Positions 25,328 through 28,759 of a stretch of DNA of 28,759 bases are shown piece after piece. This DNA comes from an uncultured bacterium (lineage in GTDB: Bacteria > T1Sed10-126). The stretch's first letter is position 1; every line of letters begins with the position of its first letter. Location of the stretch: the NCBI GenBank assembly GCA_964566495.1, contig CAZMIT010000009.1:1-28759 (forward strand). The letters run 5' to 3'. The translations under genes and the position numbers were made by a program. A model generated the notes under the pieces. That model searched no databases and was not told where the DNA came from. It saw only the letters and a list, made by a program, of their open reading frames with translations.

Positions 25328-26156
25328 ATTAATAGGAATTATTTTGGTTAATATCGGCATCCTGTTTAACTTCGTCTCCTGTCTCGGTTTAGTTCGCCTG
25401 CCTGACGTCTACACCCGACTGCAGTCCTCGACTAAAGCTGTAACTATGGGCTCGTCGCTGGTTCTGATAGGCATAGCAGTCTTTACTGGTATGGTATCTG
25501 TGGCTGCCCAATCCTTGTTGACCATTTTGTTCATTTTTATCTCCGCCCCTACCGCCGCCCACGCCATTGCCCGGGGGGCCCATAGCTCAGGAATTAGAGT
25601 CGAAAGAATTACGGCCGAGGGTTTAATTGGCCGGACGATTGAATACGAGCTCCTGGACGTTGTGCGGGTCGGAGAAAAATTTGAAAAGGATCGCTTCGAT
25701 CATACGCTCGAAACCTGTCCGGTTTTTGAAATTGAGGAGTCTATTGACGACGAGGAGTTGCTCGAACGAGTCTCTAAGGTTCTTGCCCCCCGGCTGAAAA
25801 TGCAGCCGCGTGAACTGGAACAGCTACTGCTTGAACGCGAAAATGAAGCTACCACCGCTCTGGCCCCGGAAGTTGCTTTCCCCCACGTTATCGTTGAAGG
25901 CAAAAACATGTTTGAAATGCTCGTTGTTCGCGCTAAGGAAGGGGTTAGATTTTCGCAAGAGCAACCGAATGTTCACGCTATTTTTGTTCTCGTGGGTACC
26001 CGCGACCAGTGGCATTTTTATCTGCGTTCAATGGCTGCTCTGGCCACAATGGTCCGCGAACCGGATTTTCTTGAGCAATGGAAGCAGGCCAAAGACGAGC
26101 AGGAACTGCATGAGCTACTACTGGAACGATCTCGACAGCGTCATCTGAAAGACTAA
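25320..26156 (+). CDS. mnhG: Na+/H+ antiporter subunit G (MnhG/MbhC) fused to a PTS EIIA type-2 (fructose/mannitol/Ntr-like) domain
   Basis: N-terminal LG..RLPDVYTRL...TK..T.G...PTAAHA.ARGA, then a linker, then LLERE....T.L...VAFPH....G......R...G..F......V...FVL.G. ATG 25320 overlaps the end of mnhF. Confidence 0.9.
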   Translation: MNELIGIILVNIGILFNFVSCLGLVRLPDVYTRLQSSTKAVTMGSSLVLIGIAVFTGMVSVAAQSLLTILFIFISAPTAAHAIARGAHSSGIRVERITAEGLIGRTIEYELLDVVRVGEKFEKDRFDHTLETCPVFEIEESIDDEELLERVSKVLAPRLKMQPRELEQLLLERENEATTALAPEVAFPHVIVEGKNMFEMLVVRAKEGVRFSQEQPNVHAIFVLVGTRDQWHFYLRSMAALATMVREPDFLEQWKQAKDEQELHELLLERSRQRHLKD

Positions 26157-26168
26157 ACGCTCTGGCAG

Positions 26169-26999
26169 CTATTCGTCTAAACCGGACATCCGCACAAGAC
26201 TTTCCGTCACTTTCTCCTGTACTTTTTTGTCTCTGTCATCCTGGAATCTTTTTAAATGCTTTGCCCCTTCGGACCAGTCCAATCGCCCGATGGCTTCGGC
26301 CGCCGAACGTCTGATTACCTCGTCACCGGAGTTCTCCAACAACCGGATCAGTTCCGGACCGGCTTCGGTTATACCATGTAAACCGGCCGCTTTCACCGCT
26401 GCCCGTTTCCTGGCCGAACCGTATGATCCACTTAGTTCCTTCAGGATTATTTGCTGCCATTCACCTCCGTGAACTCTTGAAATAGCTTCTACTGCCCCGG
26501 CGATCAACTCCTTGTCGCCGCTGTAATAAAAATTATCTATTAAGCGCTTCGCTCCCTCGGCTTCTACCGTGGCCAGCGTTTGTAAGGCTTTTACACGCAG
26601 TTCTGACGGCCAGTCGTCGGCCTCGGCAGAGCGCTGCATAAATTCCTTGATCGCTTGAAACTGGGTTTTGTTTGTTCGCCCTGAAGCTTCTTCCTCACCA
26701 GACCCGCCGCTCTCCCTATGAAAGTCGCTTATTTTTCCCTCGTGTATAAACCTGGCCAGGGCTTCCAGCGCCGCCTCTCTTACCTCAATTTCCGCATCGC
26801 CCGCCGCCAGGTGAAACAGCGGCTCAATGAATTCTGGCGATTTGAAAACTCCCGCCAGTTCAAGAGCTCTTTCTCGGGTCTTGTCTTCTACGTGAAATAG
26901 ACCTTCAACAACCGTTTCTATAGGGTCAAAGGGCGAATTGAAGGGATGTAGTCCTATAGTCTCTAATTTTCCCAGGGTGTCGTCTTCTTTTTCTGCCAT
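26169..26999 (-). CDS. HEAT/PBS-lyase-like repeat protein
   Basis: Repeated 'VR..A..AL' helices (EVREAALEAL, LRVKALQTL, RKRAAVKAAG, IRRSAAEAIG). AGGAGGT SD supports ATG 26999; the track start is 27065. Confidence 0.75.
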   Translation of the reverse strand: MAEKEDDTLGKLETIGLHPFNSPFDPIETVVEGLFHVEDKTRERALELAGVFKSPEFIEPLFHLAAGDAEIEVREAALEALARFIHEGKISDFHRESGGSGEEEASGRTNKTQFQAIKEFMQRSAEADDWPSELRVKALQTLATVEAEGAKRLIDNFYYSGDKELIAGAVEAISRVHGGEWQQIILKELSGSYGSARKRAAVKAAGLHGITEAGPELIRLLENSGDEVIRRSAAEAIGRLDWSEGAKHLKRFQDDRDKKVQEKVTESLVRMSGLDE

Positions 27000-27179
27000 T
27001 ATTTTTACCTCCTGTTGATGACCCGCAAAAGACCCGCAGGCAATGGCTAACTCAGCAGACTTCATACGGGAATTTTTTGGGATGAAATTATTCCTCCTTA
27101 TCAGTATATCAAAATGTTCTCTGATTTCTTAACCCTTTGCCAGAAACGTCCACCACGTCTTCCCCCCTGAAAATTGGAT

Positions 27180-27208
27180 TTGCCCTGAGTCGAAAAAAAT
27201 AGTAAAAT
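27180..27208 (+). promoter_or_regulatory. Possible sigma70-type promoter TTGCCC-N17-TAAAAT
   Basis: Lies in the divergent intergenic region. A TGnTATACT on the - strand (27103-27111) may serve the HEAT gene. Confidence 0.4.
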
Positions 27209-27248
27209 TACTAACAAGATTTATCCAACACTAATGGGAGTGGTCAAG

Positions 27249-28016
27249 ATGTATAACAGCAAAATTTACAGAAAGTTTATGATTTTCGGATTAATTGGCT
27301 TTTTGATACTATTTGTCGGTGGCTGTGGACTTATCGCCCCAGAAGCGGAGCCCCCCATTGACGAAGCCCCCGAAGATGTTGTTCGCGAACGTGATGAGCT
27401 GGAAGAGCGGATTGAGGAGCTGGAATCTAAACTCGCCGAAAAACAGGAACAACTTGAGGCGGCCGAAGCAGACCGCGAACAGGCCCGCCAGGAGCTTGAA
27501 GAGCTGGAAGAAAAGCAACAGCAACTTGAGGAACTACGCGAGCAGAATAAAGAACTCGAGCAGAGTCTGGCCGAGGTTAAAGATGCCGAAGCCCGCCTGG
27601 AAGGCGAAAATGTAATTGTTACCCTCGATTCCGAAATTCTCTTTGATTTTGGCGACCACCGCCTTCGTTCAGAATCCCGGCAGACGTTAGAAGATCTCGC
27701 CGGCATAATTGCGGATCATCAGGATCGGATGGTTGCCGTGGAAGGCCACACCTGTACGGTCCCTGTTTTGCCCGAATCTCAGTTTCCTTCCAACTGGCAT
27801 CTGTCGGCCGCTCGCGCCGTCAGCGTCGTTGAATATCTTACTGAGGAACACGACCTGGATTCTGAACAGTTTTTCGCCGGTGGCTACGGCGAGTTTCGTC
27901 CCGTCGCTTCCAACCAGACCGAAGAGGAGCGCGTTAAGAATAGACGGGTGGAAATAGTCTTTTATCCACCGGGGATTGAAAGGGAAGTCCTGCCTGCCGA
28001 AGAAGTCCGGGAGTAG
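27249..28016 (+). CDS. OmpA/MotB-family peptidoglycan-binding lipoprotein with an acidic coiled coil
   Basis: Lipobox VGGC, long E/Q-rich coiled coil, ILFDFG...L, VEGHT..VP.....SNWHLSAARA..V, GYGE.RP.A.N.....R..NRRVEI. Confidence 0.88.
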   Translation: MYNSKIYRKFMIFGLIGFLILFVGGCGLIAPEAEPPIDEAPEDVVRERDELEERIEELESKLAEKQEQLEAAEADREQARQELEELEEKQQQLEELREQNKELEQSLAEVKDAEARLEGENVIVTLDSEILFDFGDHRLRSESRQTLEDLAGIIADHQDRMVAVEGHTCTVPVLPESQFPSNWHLSAARAVSVVEYLTEEHDLDSEQFFAGGYGEFRPVASNQTEEERVKNRRVEIVFYPPGIEREVLPAEEVRE

Positions 28017-28037
28017 CAACTGACCGATTATTTGTGA

Positions 28038-28664
28038 GTGTATTCAATGAAAAAATCAAACTGGCTTTACTATATTCTTATTTTGCTGTCCCTTTTTTTT
28101 GGGTGGCTGTCTCGAACGCCAGAAGCAAATGCCGCTCATCAGCCCCTGCTTGAGGACGGCATTCCCCGCTCACTGTTTGTCTATGGCGCTAAGTGGGCGG
28201 ACAATACTTATGGTGATATAACTCTCAGTGGTCAGACTAATTTGCAGCGTTCTTACCTCTGGACGGTCGGTTTTTCCCATGAATTTTATCGGATAAACAG
28301 ACATCTCAGCCTGGAAAATGAAATGAATATTACCCGCCACTCTGGCGAACAGGACCATCTTGAGGCTAATTTTGCCGCTTCCTTTCGCTGGTGGACATTC
28401 CCCTGGGACAACTGGGTGGAAACCACTCTGGCCCACGGTATTGGCCCCTCTTTTGCTGCCGAACATCCACCCGTTGAGGAAAATGACGATGATACTGCCG
28501 ACCGGTTTTTGTTATTCATGCAGACTGAGTTTACCTTTGCTCCCCCTGTAGATAGCCGTTGGGAGCTCCTCGTCCGAATACATCACCGTTCGGGTGTCTT
28601 TGGTCTTATTAGCGAGGACAGCGGCTCTAACTTTCTCGCCGGCGGCTTTCGCTATCGTTTCTGA
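28038..28664 (+). CDS. Outer-membrane beta-barrel protein, PagL/acyloxyacyl-hydrolase-like
   Basis: Signal peptide ending ANA, alternating aromatic strands, WTFPW, RIHHRSG, GSN, C-terminal GFRYRF barrel signal. Confidence 0.7.
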   Translation: MYSMKKSNWLYYILILLSLFFGWLSRTPEANAAHQPLLEDGIPRSLFVYGAKWADNTYGDITLSGQTNLQRSYLWTVGFSHEFYRINRHLSLENEMNITRHSGEQDHLEANFAASFRWWTFPWDNWVETTLAHGIGPSFAAEHPPVEENDDDTADRFLLFMQTEFTFAPPVDSRWELLVRIHHRSGVFGLISEDSGSNFLAGGFRYRF

Positions 28665-28671
28665 TGCGTGA

Positions 28672-28759
28672 AAAAACGGTGGCGTTGCTGAAATAAAAGA
28701 TGAACTGCAAGCCGCCCTGAAGCTGGCCGACAGCCGGCTTTACCAGGCAAAAGACCGCG
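28672..28759 (+). pseudogene. Remnant of a GGDEF-domain C-terminus
   Basis: The frame after TGA 28669-28671 reads KNGGVAEIKDELQAALKLADSRLYQAKDR, matching the GGDEF end pattern S.GVA...L...AD..LY.AK. No start codon or N-terminal part is present. Confidence 0.6.

Noticed and set aside
27066..27100. Perfect SD (TAAGGAGG, - strand) followed by an in-frame ATC as a fourth non-canonical start
   Set aside because: The HEAT gene already has AGGAGGT with ATG 26999, and the candidate -10 would start transcription inside this SD. The evidence is insufficient.
886..28551. Numerous antisense and alternative-frame ORFs of 60-200 aa in the track
   Set aside because: They overlap well-supported genes, and their composition (for example the Ser-rich 27266-27706) reflects the codon pattern of the real gene.

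Overview
A 28.8 kb stretch of core chromosome from a flagellated diderm bacterium with conspicuously acidic proteins, probably halo- or haloalkaliphilic; the lineage cannot be determined from the sequence alone. Almost all genes are on the + strand. The blocks are: (1) a catalytically degenerate Y-family polymerase (ImuB/DinB-like), a large membrane-spanning TPR protein and rsmI; (2) tsaC, a YwlE-type low-molecular-weight phosphatase, an in-frame RpiB-Upp fusion, ispE, spoVG and an EamA transporter; (3) rpmE (type B L31), prfA, prmC; (4) murA, flgF, flgG, flgA, flgH, flgI, short flgJ; (5) a HAMP-like membrane protein, cysE, a nucleotidyltransferase and a degenerate Thi4 homologue; (6) a lipoprotein and an Mrp/Mbh-type Na+/H+ module with no full-length MrpA, whose MrpG subunit is fused to a PTS EIIA domain; (7) a HEAT-repeat protein (- strand), an OmpA/MotB-domain lipoprotein, a PagL-like beta-barrel and a GGDEF remnant. 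A family of REP/dRS3-like palindromic repeats sits in the spacers flanking blocks 1-4. The strongest novelty candidates are the MrpG-EIIA antiporter module with an altered MrpD charge axis, apparent non-canonical start codons (prfA at ATT, the EamA gene at ATC), the RpiB-Upp fusion, and two likely pseudoenzymes. No rRNA, tRNA, CRISPR array or transposase was recognised. All calls come from visual motif recognition; no searches were run.
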